Below are positions 52,868-62,651 of a stretch of DNA of 64,000 nt, piece by piece (positions within the stretch are counted from its first letter, which is position 1; the number at the start of each line of letters is the position of its first letter). The notes under the pieces are model-generated. The model did not search any database. It was given only the letters and a program-made list of their open reading frames with translations, and was not told the origin of the DNA. Position numbers and translations under genes: made by a program. This DNA is from Thermomicrobiales bacterium. Its GTDB lineage: Bacteria; Chloroflexota; Chloroflexia; Thermomicrobiales; UBA6265. The stretch lies in contig DASZAY010000026.1 of assembly GCA_035944555.1 (NCBI GenBank), positions 117,799 through 181,798 on the forward strand. The letters run 5' to 3'.

Positions 52868-53905
52868 ATGGCTACGCAGTACGTTGCTTCGTCTCGTTCG
52901 CGCGCATACGACCGCCGCCGCCTCGTTGGCACCGCACTCAGTACGGCACTCGGATTCACCGTGGCCGGCCGTTCCATCGCGCAGACATCGGGCGGCGTGA
53001 CGCCTGCGGCATCCCGGGGCGGCTGGTCGTTCACCGACGACCGTGGCATGACCGTCGCCCTCCCGGCCGCTCCCCGGTCGGTCATCGCGCAGACCTCCTC
53101 AGCCGCCGCGCTCTGGGACTACGGCTACCAGGTCGCCGGGATCTACGGCCCATCCCGGATCGTGTCCGGCGAGATCGACGTGCAGACGGGAAACATCGAC
53201 CTCGATGCGGTGACCGTCCTCGGCGACTTCGGGGAGATCGACCTGGAAGCGGTCATTGCCCTCGAGGCCGAACTCTACGTCGACCTCGACCGCGGGACAG
53301 GGACCCTCTGGTATGATCCGGGCTCTGGCGCCCCTGAGTTCGACACCCTGGTCCAGAGTGTCGGATTTACGGCCTACGAGGTATCGGTCCTGCAGCCGAT
53401 CGACCGCTTCGGCGAACTGGCCGCGGCCCTCGGCGCCGATCCTATGGCACCTGACATCGTCGCGGCGCGGGAGGAAATGGACGCCGCCCTCACGGACCTC
53501 GCTACGGTCACCGCCCGAAAGCCCGAGCTGCGCGTGATGGCGATGGCTGGCGATCCCGCGACGGGAACCTATGTCTGCAATCCCGCCGTCATCCCCGACC
53601 TGTTCACCTATACCGAGCACGGCGTCGGAATCGTCGTACCCGAAGAGCCGGACCCTGCAGGTGGCGGCAACTTCGAGAACCGGAGCTGGGAGGAGATCGG
53701 CCGGTATCCGGCCGACGTCATCCTGGTTGACTCCCGCAGCGACCTGTCGGTTCTGGAAGCGGATGGCCTCTGGCAGAACCTGCCGGCAGTTCAGGCTGGG
53801 CAGGTCGGGCGCTGGGAAGGAACGTTCCCGCTATCCCCCACCGGTTTCGGCCCCGTCGTTCGCCGCCTGATCGAACTGCTCGAGCGGGCCCAGCCGCTGG
53901 GGTAG
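52868..53905 (+). CDS. Tat-signal solute-binding protein (periplasmic-binding-protein / siderophore-type ABC SBP-like)
   Basis: RRRLVGTALSTALGFTVAGRSIAQ twin-arginine signal. Two-lobe SBP-like length and pattern (PRSVIAQTSSAAALWDYG..., VILVDSR...). No partner permease or ATPase is nearby. Moderate confidence. Confidence 0.55.
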   Translation: MATQYVASSRSRAYDRRRLVGTALSTALGFTVAGRSIAQTSGGVTPAASRGGWSFTDDRGMTVALPAAPRSVIAQTSSAAALWDYGYQVAGIYGPSRIVSGEIDVQTGNIDLDAVTVLGDFGEIDLEAVIALEAELYVDLDRGTGTLWYDPGSGAPEFDTLVQSVGFTAYEVSVLQPIDRFGELAAALGADPMAPDIVAAREEMDAALTDLATVTARKPELRVMAMAGDPATGTYVCNPAVIPDLFTYTEHGVGIVVPEEPDPAGGGNFENRSWEEIGRYPADVILVDSRSDLSVLEADGLWQNLPAVQAGQVGRWEGTFPLSPTGFGPVVRRLIELLERAQPLG

Positions 53906-53928
53906 ACCCTCCTCCTGCCAGGAATAGC

Positions 53929-53959
53929 GACGGCCCGGCCCATTGAGGACCGGGCCGTC
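53929..53959. terminator. Stem-loop between convergent genes
   Basis: GACGGCCCGG (53929-53938), 11-nt loop, CCGGGCCGTC (53950-53959). Confidence 0.5.
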
Positions 53960-53990
53960 TCCGTCTACCTCATTCCGGGCGGACGCATGA

Positions 53991-55160
53991 TCATCCGTCT
54001 GCTTGTGGAGTTGCCTCGTCATCCGGCAGCCCCAGCGTCTCCGCGACACCGGGAATCAGGACCTCACGGATGATCGGACGCGGGCGGGCCTGGAGGCCGG
54101 GAGCGTCCAGCGGCGGGACGGTCTCGATCGCGCAGGCGATGACCATCTCGAGGTCGGGGATCACCCAGATGTCGCTCTCGCCGTAGCCCAGCGCGAAGTA
54201 GGCCGGGATGCCGAGCGTGTCGTCCAGCCACCAGTGGTAACCGTAGCCGGACCCACGGCCGAAGTTGTTGGTGTCGATGGGCTGGACCTGGAATGTCGTC
54301 GACTCCCGGACCCATTCCTCGGACACGATCTGCTTCTCGTCCCAGCGCCCGTTGTTCAGGAACAGGAACCCGAACTTCAGCATCTCGCGCGGGGTGATGT
54401 TGAGCCCGACCCCGCCGGCCGACTCGCCCTGCGGGGACTCCAGCCAGTCGGTGATCTCCGTCCCGATCGGCGTGAAGATCCGCTCCTGAGCGAAGTCGCG
54501 CAGCGTCTTGCCGGTCGCCGACTGGAGCATGACCGAGAGCAGATGCGACAGCCCGGAGTTGTAGGTGTGAGCCGTGCCGGGCTTCGCGACGAGCGGGAGC
54601 GACAGGGTCCGCTCGACCCAGTCCGGCGAGTTGGTGACATTGGCGAAGTCGACGGCGCCATCCCAGGCCAGGCCGGAACACATCCGGAGCAGATCCTCGA
54701 CGGTGATCGTGCCGACGGCCGGGTCCTGCCAGACCGGGATCCGCTCCGGGATCAGATCCGCGATGGTCGAATCGAGGCTCATCACGCCGTCGTCGATCGC
54801 AATCCCGATGGCCGCACTCGTGATGGATTTGGTCGACGACCAGATATCCGTCACGTCCCGGGCGGTGAAACCGTTGGCGTAGTGCTCGAAGACGAGGTCG
54901 CCGCGGTAGGCCACGACGAAGGCGGAAAGCGACGGGACCTCGGTCTCGATCCGCTCGCGGGCCAGGTCGAACATGTCCGGGTCGAGGCCGGCGTCTTCCG
55001 GTTGCGCTTGGCGCCATCCGCTGGTCGGCCAGTATCGGGGCTCGTCCCGGGCGGCGGCCCCGTGTGGCCGTACCAGGGACGGAGCGGCGGGGAGGGCGAG
55101 CACACCGGCGAAGGCCGCGAGCAGACGACGACGGTCGAAGGTCGTGGGGGGACGAACCAC
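53991..55160 (-). CDS. Serine hydrolase, beta-lactamase/PBP4* fold, Tat signal
   Basis: GTG 55160 follows GAGG. RRRLLAAFAGVLALPAAP signal, SxxK motif (WSSTKS), and YxN-like motif (HTYNSG). Confidence 0.8.
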   Translation of the reverse strand: MVRPPTTFDRRRLLAAFAGVLALPAAPSLVRPHGAAARDEPRYWPTSGWRQAQPEDAGLDPDMFDLARERIETEVPSLSAFVVAYRGDLVFEHYANGFTARDVTDIWSSTKSITSAAIGIAIDDGVMSLDSTIADLIPERIPVWQDPAVGTITVEDLLRMCSGLAWDGAVDFANVTNSPDWVERTLSLPLVAKPGTAHTYNSGLSHLLSVMLQSATGKTLRDFAQERIFTPIGTEITDWLESPQGESAGGVGLNITPREMLKFGFLFLNNGRWDEKQIVSEEWVRESTTFQVQPIDTNNFGRGSGYGYHWWLDDTLGIPAYFALGYGESDIWVIPDLEMVIACAIETVPPLDAPGLQARPRPIIREVLIPGVAETLGLPDDEATPQADG

Positions 55161-55407
55161 AGAGACAAACCTCGGGATGATGTGCGGGCAGGGTGCCGGT
55201 GAGACTGACGAGCGGTGGGCCGGACGTGGCCCACGGGATCGTCCGGGACAGTGTGCGCCGGTGCCGGCGGTCTCTGCCATGACATCCTGGCGGATGTGGC
55301 ATGTCCCTCCCAGACCGGGCACGTGGTCACGGTTGGGCAGCAGGCAAGCGGCCTGCCGCCAGACTGGTGATCGACGCCCCGGAGCGAGCGTCAAAGGCTC
55401 CGTGGCG

Positions 55408-56628
55408 TCAGACCATCTCCATCGTCGGCTGACCAGTGGGAAGGCCGCCGGCCGCATCGACGTCATAGCCCCAGCCCAGCAGCCCGTCGCGCATTGCCCG
55501 GAGAATGATCAGCCGATGGATCTCGCTGGTCCCCTCGACCAGCATCAGCTGGCGGGCATCGCGGTAGTAGCGCTCCGTCGGGTAATCCTTGAGGTAGCCG
55601 ATGCCACCCAGCGTCTGGAGCGCCCGGTCGGCAGCGCGGACGGCGACCTCGCTGGCCATCGCCTTGGCCATCGAGAGGTAGTGGGCGATATCGCGGTCGC
55701 TTCCGCCCTCGTCGACCAGCCAGGCGGCGCGATAGGTCAGCAGCCGGGCCGCCTCGATCTCGATCGCCAGCTCGGCCAGCGGGAACCCGATCGCCTGGTG
55801 CTCGACGATCGGCTGGCCGAACGTCCGGCGCTGCTCCGCGTAGGCCAGGGCGTACTCGACCGCCCCGGCGGCCAGCCCGACGCCTCGCGCCGCGACCAGC
55901 GGGCGCACGACGTTGAGGTGGCGCATGACCAGCTTGAATCCGCGGTTCTCCTCGCCCAGCATCGCGCTGGCCGGAACGCGCAGGTTATCCAGGCTGATCT
56001 CGACGACCGGCACGCCCAGCACGCCCATCTTCGGCAGGTGGCGGACGATCCCGAAGCCGGGGTTGGGGAGATCGACGAGGAAGATGCTGACGCCGCGCGA
56101 ACCGGCATCGGGGTCGGTCTTGGCCACGACGATCGCGAAGTCGGCCGCGGTCGCCTGTCCCGCCCAGAGCTTGGTCCCGTTGATGATGTACTCGTCGCCA
56201 TCGCGGACCGCCGTCGTGGTGATCGCGGCGGAGTCGGAGCCGGTGTTGGGCTCGGTCAGCGCGAAGCAGCCTCGCAGCCGCCCCTCGGCCACGCCACGGA
56301 CGTACCGCTCCTGCTGCTCAGGGGTGCCGCCGATCATGATCCCGGAGGTGGCCAGGCGCGTCGTCAGCAGGAGCAACCCGGAGGACGAGCAGTACTTCGC
56401 CACTTCCTCGACGGCAAGGCAGAGCCCGAACATCCCGTCGCCGGTCCCGCCCATCTCCACCGGGAAGGCCAGCTTCAGCAACCCGGCGTCGCGGAACGCC
56501 TTGAAGACGTCCTCGGGGTAAACGCCTTCCTGGTCGACGGCCGCGGCGCGCGGCCCGACGACGGTCTCGGCGATGTGCCGCGCCGTTGCCCGGATCTCCT
56601 CCTGGCGCTCACTCAGCCGAAAGTCCAT
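55408..56628 (-). CDS. Acyl-CoA dehydrogenase
   Basis: 406 aa. CFALTEPNTGSDSAA..., ...GGIGYLKDYPTERYYRDARQLMLVEGTSEI... Confidence 0.9.
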   Translation of the reverse strand: MDFRLSERQEEIRATARHIAETVVGPRAAAVDQEGVYPEDVFKAFRDAGLLKLAFPVEMGGTGDGMFGLCLAVEEVAKYCSSSGLLLLTTRLATSGIMIGGTPEQQERYVRGVAEGRLRGCFALTEPNTGSDSAAITTTAVRDGDEYIINGTKLWAGQATAADFAIVVAKTDPDAGSRGVSIFLVDLPNPGFGIVRHLPKMGVLGVPVVEISLDNLRVPASAMLGEENRGFKLVMRHLNVVRPLVAARGVGLAAGAVEYALAYAEQRRTFGQPIVEHQAIGFPLAELAIEIEAARLLTYRAAWLVDEGGSDRDIAHYLSMAKAMASEVAVRAADRALQTLGGIGYLKDYPTERYYRDARQLMLVEGTSEIHRLIILRAMRDGLLGWGYDVDAAGGLPTGQPTMEMV

Positions 56629-56735
56629 CGTCGATCCTCCTGGCCGCCCGTTCGGCGGTGCGTTCGGTGATCAGGTGTCGGGGCCGGCGCTGGCCCCGGT
56701 GAGGTCCGGCGCGTTCCGGACCATGCTTGGGCGCC

Positions 56736-57155
56736 CTACTCCGGCAACTCGTAGCGGCCGGAGCGGGCAGTGATTACCAGCCGGTAGACGACCGTCTGCT
56801 CACCCAGCTCGGGGATCGTCTTCGGCTCCGGGTAGATCACCCGCAAGCCCGCGGCACGGGCGTCCGGGTCGCTCAGCTCCTCGTACGTGACCTCGCAGAT
56901 CACGCTGCTCCAGCGGTCTTCGGCCTCGGCCGTGTCCACCTCGAACGAGGCCAGCGGGTTCTGCCGCATGGTCAGGAGCTTCCGGCCGGGCCCACTGTGG
57001 GCGTAGACGGCATCCCCGTCGTAGCCATAGGCCAGCGGGACGAGGAATGGCCGTCCGTTGTCGACCTCCGGCGACGCACAGGCGATCCGCCCGACCAGCG
57101 CCGTCCGCAGCAAGTGTTCGATCCGGTCGTCCGGCAGGACGCGAATGACGCCCAT
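56736..57155 (-). CDS. Pyridoxamine-5'-phosphate-oxidase-family (PPOX-class, possibly F420/FMN-binding) protein
   Basis: L....VGRIA......P.LVPL.Y.YDGDAVY.HS..G.K......NP.ASFEVD pattern; 139 aa from ATG 57155. Confidence 0.7.
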   Translation of the reverse strand: MGVIRVLPDDRIEHLLRTALVGRIACASPEVDNGRPFLVPLAYGYDGDAVYAHSGPGRKLLTMRQNPLASFEVDTAEAEDRWSSVICEVTYEELSDPDARAAGLRVIYPEPKTIPELGEQTVVYRLVITARSGRYELPE

Positions 57156-57405
57156 GGCTATCGGTAACCCTTCCCCAGGTGGTGATCCCGTGACAGATGC
57201 GGTGCCGTTCGCTCCCGGGCAAGCCCGCAGACACCGGGCATGGTACCGCGTGACCGGCCCGGTTTCCTGAACGCCTGCCCTGTGACGGGTATGTCCCATT
57301 GATCGAGTCCGTCTCGCGTATCGCCGCGGACGGAGCAGCGAGGGACCAGGGGTTGACTCCCGAAATTCATGTGATAGTTTTTTTTTGCAGGTGCAAGGAG
57401 AATTG

Positions 57406-57750
57406 ATGGATGACAACGGCGACCGGCTCCTCCGGGCACTTGATGCGCTGTCGAATCCGCACCGGCTGCGGGTCGTAGCGGCACTGGCCCGTGAGCGCTC
57501 CTATGTCAGTGGACTGGCTCGCCAGCTCGGGATGAGCCGACCACTGCTCCAGATCCACCTGAGGAAACTCGAAGGTGCGGGCCTGGTGACATCGAGCCTG
57601 GAGGTATCCGCTGACGGGAAGGCCCACAAGTTCTACGAGGTCGTGTCGTTCGCCCTCCACCTGACACCGGAGACCATCGCGGCCGCCGCCCCCTCACTGA
57701 CCGTTCCGGACTCGGCAAGCCGAGCAGCCAGGGAAGAACCCGCACCATGA
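57406..57750 (+). CDS. ArsR-family winged-helix transcriptional regulator
   Basis: LSNPHRLRVVAALARERSYVSGLARQLGMSRPLLQIHLRKLEGAGLV. AAGGAG lies 6 nt upstream of the ATG. Confidence 0.8.
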   Translation: MDDNGDRLLRALDALSNPHRLRVVAALARERSYVSGLARQLGMSRPLLQIHLRKLEGAGLVTSSLEVSADGKAHKFYEVVSFALHLTPETIAAAAPSLTVPDSASRAAREEPAP

Positions 57751-58016
57751 ATACTCGCGACTGGCAGGAGATCATCGGCGTCATCGGCGTCTTCCTTCTC
57801 CTCACGACCGTGATCACGGTCACCATCTGGCAACTGGCAGCGACGTGGCGGGCCAGGGCAGCCCTCGCCCGGGAGCAGGAATACCAGCGGCTCGCGGCGA
57901 CCGCTATCAGTGCCCAGACGAGCATGACCCTGCAGATCACCCAGCTCAACGATCACCTGGCCGAGGTCCGGGCGCGCCTGGATTCGGTTGAGCGCCTGCT
58001 CGCCGAGACGGAGTGA
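57747..58016 (+). CDS. Small single-TM protein with coiled-coil tail, hypothetical
   Basis: The ATG overlaps the ArsR stop (ATGA). TM segment IIGVIGVFLLLTTVITVTIW, then a helical heptad-like tail. Confidence 0.5.
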   Translation: MNTRDWQEIIGVIGVFLLLTTVITVTIWQLAATWRARAALAREQEYQRLAATAISAQTSMTLQITQLNDHLAEVRARLDSVERLLAETE

Positions 58017-58234
58017 CACCGGGAGCCGATTCCCGGGAGCGATCCCGCGACGGCCGGTGACCTCTGCCATCGCTGCGATCGCCCGGGTAGTCCTGGTCTC
58101 GGCGTCATGATCCCGTCACAGGTCCGGCAAGGACTCGTCGTACCAGGGTGTTGGCTCGTAGCCATACTGCCCCGGTGAGTGCCCACCAGTCGTCGCCGGA
58201 TGACGACCACCCGCCCACACGAGGGGACCCGCAG

Positions 58235-59101
58235 ATGAACGCCCGCTACGCCGGATCTCCGGCCATCGCAACGCCTCGCCCCGCTCGGGCGCAGGCTCCC
58301 GCCGGAGCGTCCTGTTTGGCAGTCGCCTCCCACCCCTCGCAGCGGACCGGGCCGGTTTTCCAGCGCACGGACCGGCACGCATCCTCCCCGCGCCTGGCCC
58401 GGCTGATGACCCGCCGGGCCCAGCTAGTGATCCTGGGGACCGCACTCGCGGTGATGCTGCTGGCCTGGCTGACGATCCCGGCGCTGCGAACCGAGGTAGC
58501 TCACGGGTTCTCGGTCGTAACCACCGGTGACCAGGACCAGATCGGGGCCTACCTGCGCTCGTTCGGTGTCTGGGGGCCGGTTATCTCCCTGGTCCTGATG
58601 ATCGCGCAGGCGATCATTGCCCCCATCCCCGGCGCCCTGATCGTCTTCGCCAACGGCATCGCCTTCGGGACTTTCCAGGGCACCGTCCTCTCGGTCGCCG
58701 GGCAGACGCTCGCCGCGGCGCTCTGCTTCGGGATCGCCCGGACGGTCGGGCGTGGCCCGGTCGAGCGCATGGTGGGCCGGTTCGGACTGGAGACACTGGA
58801 CCGCGGCGTCGGTCGCTGGGGCCCGCTGGCGATCGTCGCGTTGCGACTTGTCCCGGGCGTCGCCTTCGACGCGATTTCCTACGGCGCCGGGCTGCTCCGG
58901 ATGCGCTTCCGCGTGTTCCTGCTCGCGACGGTCGCCGGGATCATCCCCCAGACGCTGTTCTACACGTGGATGGTCCGTCATTACCCGCAGCTGACCTGGA
59001 TGTTCGTCCTGGTCGCGATCATCGTCTTCCTGGTCGTCGCACTTGGTGGGGCGGCGCTCAGCCTGCGCCGCCGCCGCGCGTCCCGGATCTCAGCTCCCTG
59101 A
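58235..59101 (+). CDS. TVP38/TMEM64 (DedA-related) family membrane protein
   Basis: WGPVISLVLMIAQAIIAPIPGALIVFANGIAFG..., LRLVPGVAFDAISYGAGL. ATG 58235 follows GAGGGGA, and third-codon positions from there are strongly G/C. ATG 58406 is a shorter alternative. Confidence 0.7.
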   Translation: MNARYAGSPAIATPRPARAQAPAGASCLAVASHPSQRTGPVFQRTDRHASSPRLARLMTRRAQLVILGTALAVMLLAWLTIPALRTEVAHGFSVVTTGDQDQIGAYLRSFGVWGPVISLVLMIAQAIIAPIPGALIVFANGIAFGTFQGTVLSVAGQTLAAALCFGIARTVGRGPVERMVGRFGLETLDRGVGRWGPLAIVALRLVPGVAFDAISYGAGLLRMRFRVFLLATVAGIIPQTLFYTWMVRHYPQLTWMFVLVAIIVFLVVALGGAALSLRRRRASRISAP

Positions 59102-59455
59102 CGCCGCTTCCCGTTCTTGAAGCCATGATTTGGCCAGCCGGGTCGGGGCGATATCGACCCACGCGTCCGTCAGGAGTTCGCGCAGGGCCTCGTCGTCGAT
59201 CTCCCGGAGCCGGACAAGGACGTACCGACTCCCCTCCCTGTCGTAGTGTGGTTCGGAGAAGACGGTCGGGTTCACCTCGGCCAGCAGCGCGGCCCGGGCC
59301 TGCCGCCCGACGCTGACGACCAGCGTCTCCTCGTCCTCTCGCAGCCGGGCCAGCAGACGGGTCCGGACCCGGAACGCCGGCGTTCCCCAAGACGTTCCTT
59401 CCTCTACCCCTGGCAACGAGGACACGATCTGCTGGATGGTCGTCCATGTGGCCAT
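59090..59455 (-). CDS. MmcQ/YjbR-family protein
   Basis: GGAAGGAGG RBS. LPGVEEGTSWGTPAFRVRTRLLARL... pattern; 121 aa. Confidence 0.65.
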   Translation of the reverse strand: MATWTTIQQIVSSLPGVEEGTSWGTPAFRVRTRLLARLREDEETLVVSVGRQARAALLAEVNPTVFSEPHYDREGSRYVLVRLREIDDEALRELLTDAWVDIAPTRLAKSWLQEREAASGS

Positions 59456-59522
59456 CGAACCTCCTTCCCGTTTCCCGTCGAGTCCATGCCGCAACCGCAC
59501 CTCACGTCACCCGTCGACACCA

Positions 59523-59552
59523 CAGCGCCCGGACGAATCCGTCCGGGCGCTG
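59523..59552 (-). terminator. Stem-loop downstream of the PhyH-family gene
   Basis: CAGCGCCCGGACG-AATC-CGTCCGGGCGCTG, a perfect 13-bp stem. Confidence 0.55.
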
Positions 59553-59593
59553 TCTGCTTCGGGTCCGTTGTCAGGGGCGACACGAACGGTCGG

Positions 59594-60421
59594 TCAGTGC
59601 GGGCCCATCGCCTGGACTTCGTCACCGCATGGCCCGCCGCCGGGGTTGTTGTCGATGAAGACCTCGTCGCCGTTGAAGGCCAGCGACGGGCGGTAGAAGC
59701 TCGACATCATCTCCGTGCTGGCGGGCACGTAGTGGCAGATGAACGACCGGCGGAAGCGGTCCTTGCTCCGGTTCGGACCGGAGCCATGGATCAGCGTGCC
59801 GTTGAAGAACAGCATGTCGCCCGGGTTCATGTCGACCGGGATCGCCTTGAGCCCCGGGGGCGGCGGGACGTACTGCTGGGTGAACGACAGCGCCGTGTCG
59901 GATTCCTCCGGGCAGAACAGGTCCATCTTGTGCGAGCCGGGAACGACCTCGAGCCCACCGTTCTCCTGGTCGACGACGTCCAGCGGGCACCACGCGGCGA
60001 TACAGGTTCCGGGGTCGACGTTCAGGAAGAAGTTGTCCTGGTGGAGCGCCTGGCCACGCCCGCCGGCCGGCTTGAAGTACAGCATGCTCTGCGCTGCCAG
60101 GGCCGGCTCGCCGAACAGGTCGTGGAGGACGGGCTCCAGCCGGGAGTCGAGCAGGTACTGGCGCGACAGGTCGTCGAACCGGTGCGGATGGAGGATGCGC
60201 GGGTACATCTTGAGCGGGTCGCCGCCGGCCTCCTCGGCCGTCTTCGCCTCGAAGAACCCGGGCACGCCGCCTTCCGCGTGCATTCGCATGAAGTTGTCGC
60301 GCAGGCGCTCGACCTCTTCCGTCCGGTAGAACCCCTCGATGACGAGATAGCCCTCGGTATGGAACTGGTCGAGCTGTTCGCGGGTGAGTCCCTTGAGCTG
60401 CGGCTCTGCCGTCGCTGTCAC
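59594..60421 (-). CDS. Phytanoyl-CoA-dioxygenase (PhyH) family Fe(II)/2-oxoglutarate oxygenase
   Basis: QFHTEGYLVIEGF..., ALHQDNFF (HxD), ...GTLIHGSGPNRS.... GTG 60421 follows GGAG. Confidence 0.8.
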   Translation of the reverse strand: MTATAEPQLKGLTREQLDQFHTEGYLVIEGFYRTEEVERLRDNFMRMHAEGGVPGFFEAKTAEEAGGDPLKMYPRILHPHRFDDLSRQYLLDSRLEPVLHDLFGEPALAAQSMLYFKPAGGRGQALHQDNFFLNVDPGTCIAAWCPLDVVDQENGGLEVVPGSHKMDLFCPEESDTALSFTQQYVPPPPGLKAIPVDMNPGDMLFFNGTLIHGSGPNRSKDRFRRSFICHYVPASTEMMSSFYRPSLAFNGDEVFIDNNPGGGPCGDEVQAMGPH

Positions 60422-60591
60422 GGGGAACGCTCCTTGTCGCCAACCGCGGCGCCACGCTCCTCGTGGTCGTTCTACCGGGTCGGTCTGGATTGGGAGCAAG
60501 CGTATGTCAGGGTGGGGGAACCTTGTCAGCCCCCTTTCTCCCAATTTCTGGGCGAATCTATCATCTGGCGGAAATCGACCTCACCTCAGGG

Positions 60592-61518
60592 TCAGGCGCG
60601 CCCCATCAGCCGCAGAACCCTGCCAAACCGATGAACGACGTCGACCGTCGTCTCCGGGCGGAAGTCGATGATGAGGTGATCGACGCCGGGAGCCTCAAAG
60701 GCCAGCAACTGATCGGCGATCTCCCTGTCGGCCCCGGTGATGACGTCGTCGTCCGGATCGTCGTCGCCCGGTAGCCGGACATGCGTGCCGACCGTGAGGC
60801 CGAGCGTTCCGGGGTCGCGTCCGACCTCATTGCAGATCTCGACCATGCGGCCCCAGCGCTCCCGGACCTCGTCGGCGTCATGCGGCCAGATTATGTTCCA
60901 GGCGTCGGCGTGTCGCGCGGCGTTGCGCATCATCCGCTCGCCCCGGGCGCCGACCCAGAGTGGCGGCCCGCCCGTCGAGGGGCCACCCGGCCGGACCCGG
61001 CACCGCTCGACGTCGACGTACTGACCGGCGAAGGTGACCTCCTCGCCCCGGAGCAGCGGCCCGATCACCTGGAGCGATTCCTCGAAGCGGCTCACCCGAT
61101 GATCGAACGGGATGCCATTGACCCGATGCTCCGCGGGCCAGTTGCCAGCCCCTGCGGCGAGGATGAAGCGCCCACCGGAGATCTCGTCCAGCGTGACGGC
61201 GGCGCGGGCCAGCACCGCCGGTGGCCGGAAGCCGGTCGCGGCGACCAGCGGCCCGACGGTGATGCGCTCGGTCGCGGCGGCCAGCCCGCCCAGCAGCGTC
61301 ATCGTCTCCCAGCAGCCAAGCTCGTCCGGATCGCCGGCGCGGAACCCGAGGTGGTCCGGCACCCAGTAGGAATCGAGCCCGACGGCTTCGGCGGCGCGGG
61401 CGATCGCGACCAGGTCGGCGAAGCGCGGTGTCTCCCCAGCCAGGCACTCCTCGGCCGTTCGGGAGAACGCGCCGATCCGCATGCGATCACCGGTGCGCCG
61501 GGGCATCGGGACCGACAT
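60592..61518 (-). CDS. LLM-class flavin/F420-dependent oxidoreductase
   Basis: GLDSYWVPDHL..., GGRFILAAGAGNW..., PPLWVGARGERMMR.... The start overlaps the upstream LLM stop (TAATG). Confidence 0.8.
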   Translation of the reverse strand: MSVPMPRRTGDRMRIGAFSRTAEECLAGETPRFADLVAIARAAEAVGLDSYWVPDHLGFRAGDPDELGCWETMTLLGGLAAATERITVGPLVAATGFRPPAVLARAAVTLDEISGGRFILAAGAGNWPAEHRVNGIPFDHRVSRFEESLQVIGPLLRGEEVTFAGQYVDVERCRVRPGGPSTGGPPLWVGARGERMMRNAARHADAWNIIWPHDADEVRERWGRMVEICNEVGRDPGTLGLTVGTHVRLPGDDDPDDDVITGADREIADQLLAFEAPGVDHLIIDFRPETTVDVVHRFGRVLRLMGRA

Positions 61519-62417
61519 TACCGCCCTGCCACGGCCAGATCGCGGGCGGGCTCGATGATCCGCCGGGCGACTCGCTCCAGCGCGCCGTCGTCATGGGCGT
61601 TCCCGAAGCTGATGATGGCGTGATCGACGCCGAGGTCCGCCTGCTCGACCAGGCGCCGGAGGAGGTCGTCCAGGGCGGCGTCGCCATCCGCCCCCTCGGC
61701 GAGCGGCGGGAGGATGTTCTGCGTCGTCTTCTCGATCAGGGCGTAGTCCCGTCCGACGTCCTCGGAATGGCGCCGGAGGACATCCAGCTTGTGCGGCAGC
61801 TCCGCCGATGCCGAGATGTTGCAGGCGTCGGCGTACTGCGCGACCAGCCGGAGCGTCTTGCGCTCACCCGAACCACCGACCATGATCGGCGGGTGCGGCT
61901 TCGAGACGGGCCGCGGGCGACACAGCGTCTCGGCCAGCTGGTAATGCGTGCCGGAGAAGGCGCCATCGTCGTCACTCCACATCTGGTGAATGATGCGGAG
62001 AGTCTCCTCAAGCCGTTCGAAGCGCTCGCGGGTGCCGGGGAACGGCACCCCGATCCCCTCATGCTCCCGCTCGAACCACGCCGCCCCGATTCCGCACCAC
62101 GCCCGCCCGCCGGACAGGACGTCCAGCGTCGTCACGGTCTTGGCCAGCACGCCCGGGTGCCGGTAGGTGATCCCGGTGACCAGCGTGCCGAGCGGGATGC
62201 GTTCCGTCGCACCGGCGATGAAGCCCAGCGCGGTGTACGCCTCCAGCATCGGGTCGTCGATCGGGCCGCGGTGGGGCAGCTGGAAGAAGTGATCCATCAG
62301 CCAGAACGAATCGAAGCCGGTGGCCTCAGCCGACCGGGCCAGCTTCGCCAGTCCCGGCCCGATGCCCGCGTCACCGCCGCCGTACGTGAAGTGTCCGACC
62401 TGCAAACCGACCTTCAT
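61518..62417 (-). CDS. LLM-class F420-dependent oxidoreductase
   Basis: MKVGLQVGHFTY...GFDSFWLMDHFFQLP..., SGGRAWCGIGAAWFEREH..., PPIMVGGSGERKTLRLVAQYAD. Confidence 0.85.
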   Translation of the reverse strand: MKVGLQVGHFTYGGGDAGIGPGLAKLARSAEATGFDSFWLMDHFFQLPHRGPIDDPMLEAYTALGFIAGATERIPLGTLVTGITYRHPGVLAKTVTTLDVLSGGRAWCGIGAAWFEREHEGIGVPFPGTRERFERLEETLRIIHQMWSDDDGAFSGTHYQLAETLCRPRPVSKPHPPIMVGGSGERKTLRLVAQYADACNISASAELPHKLDVLRRHSEDVGRDYALIEKTTQNILPPLAEGADGDAALDDLLRRLVEQADLGVDHAIISFGNAHDDGALERVARRIIEPARDLAVAGR

Positions 62418-62651
62418 GGGCGTGTCCTCTCGATCGATACGTCTCGGTCAAGTCCTGGTGTCGTCGGACAGCGGCCTGTATGGGGGGGCAACCAGGCTCT
62501 CATGGACCACCCCGCCAGCCACCACCCCTATCGCCTGACGGCGACGGCCGCTTCGGCGGCCGCGCGACCACAAGGGATTGCCCCTACGGTTGTCGCTGAC
62601 CGTGGAATCCGACTCCGCTGTCTGCCGTAAAGGTGAGCGGCAATGACGCCC

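Noticed and set aside
58116-58234. Minus-strand ORF tail ...GQYGYEPTPWYDESLPDL with locally coding-like codons in the gap before the TVP38 gene.
   Set aside because: Only about 18 codons look protein-like and the upstream part is Arg-rich noise. There is no start or RBS, and it is too short to support as a gene or pseudogene.
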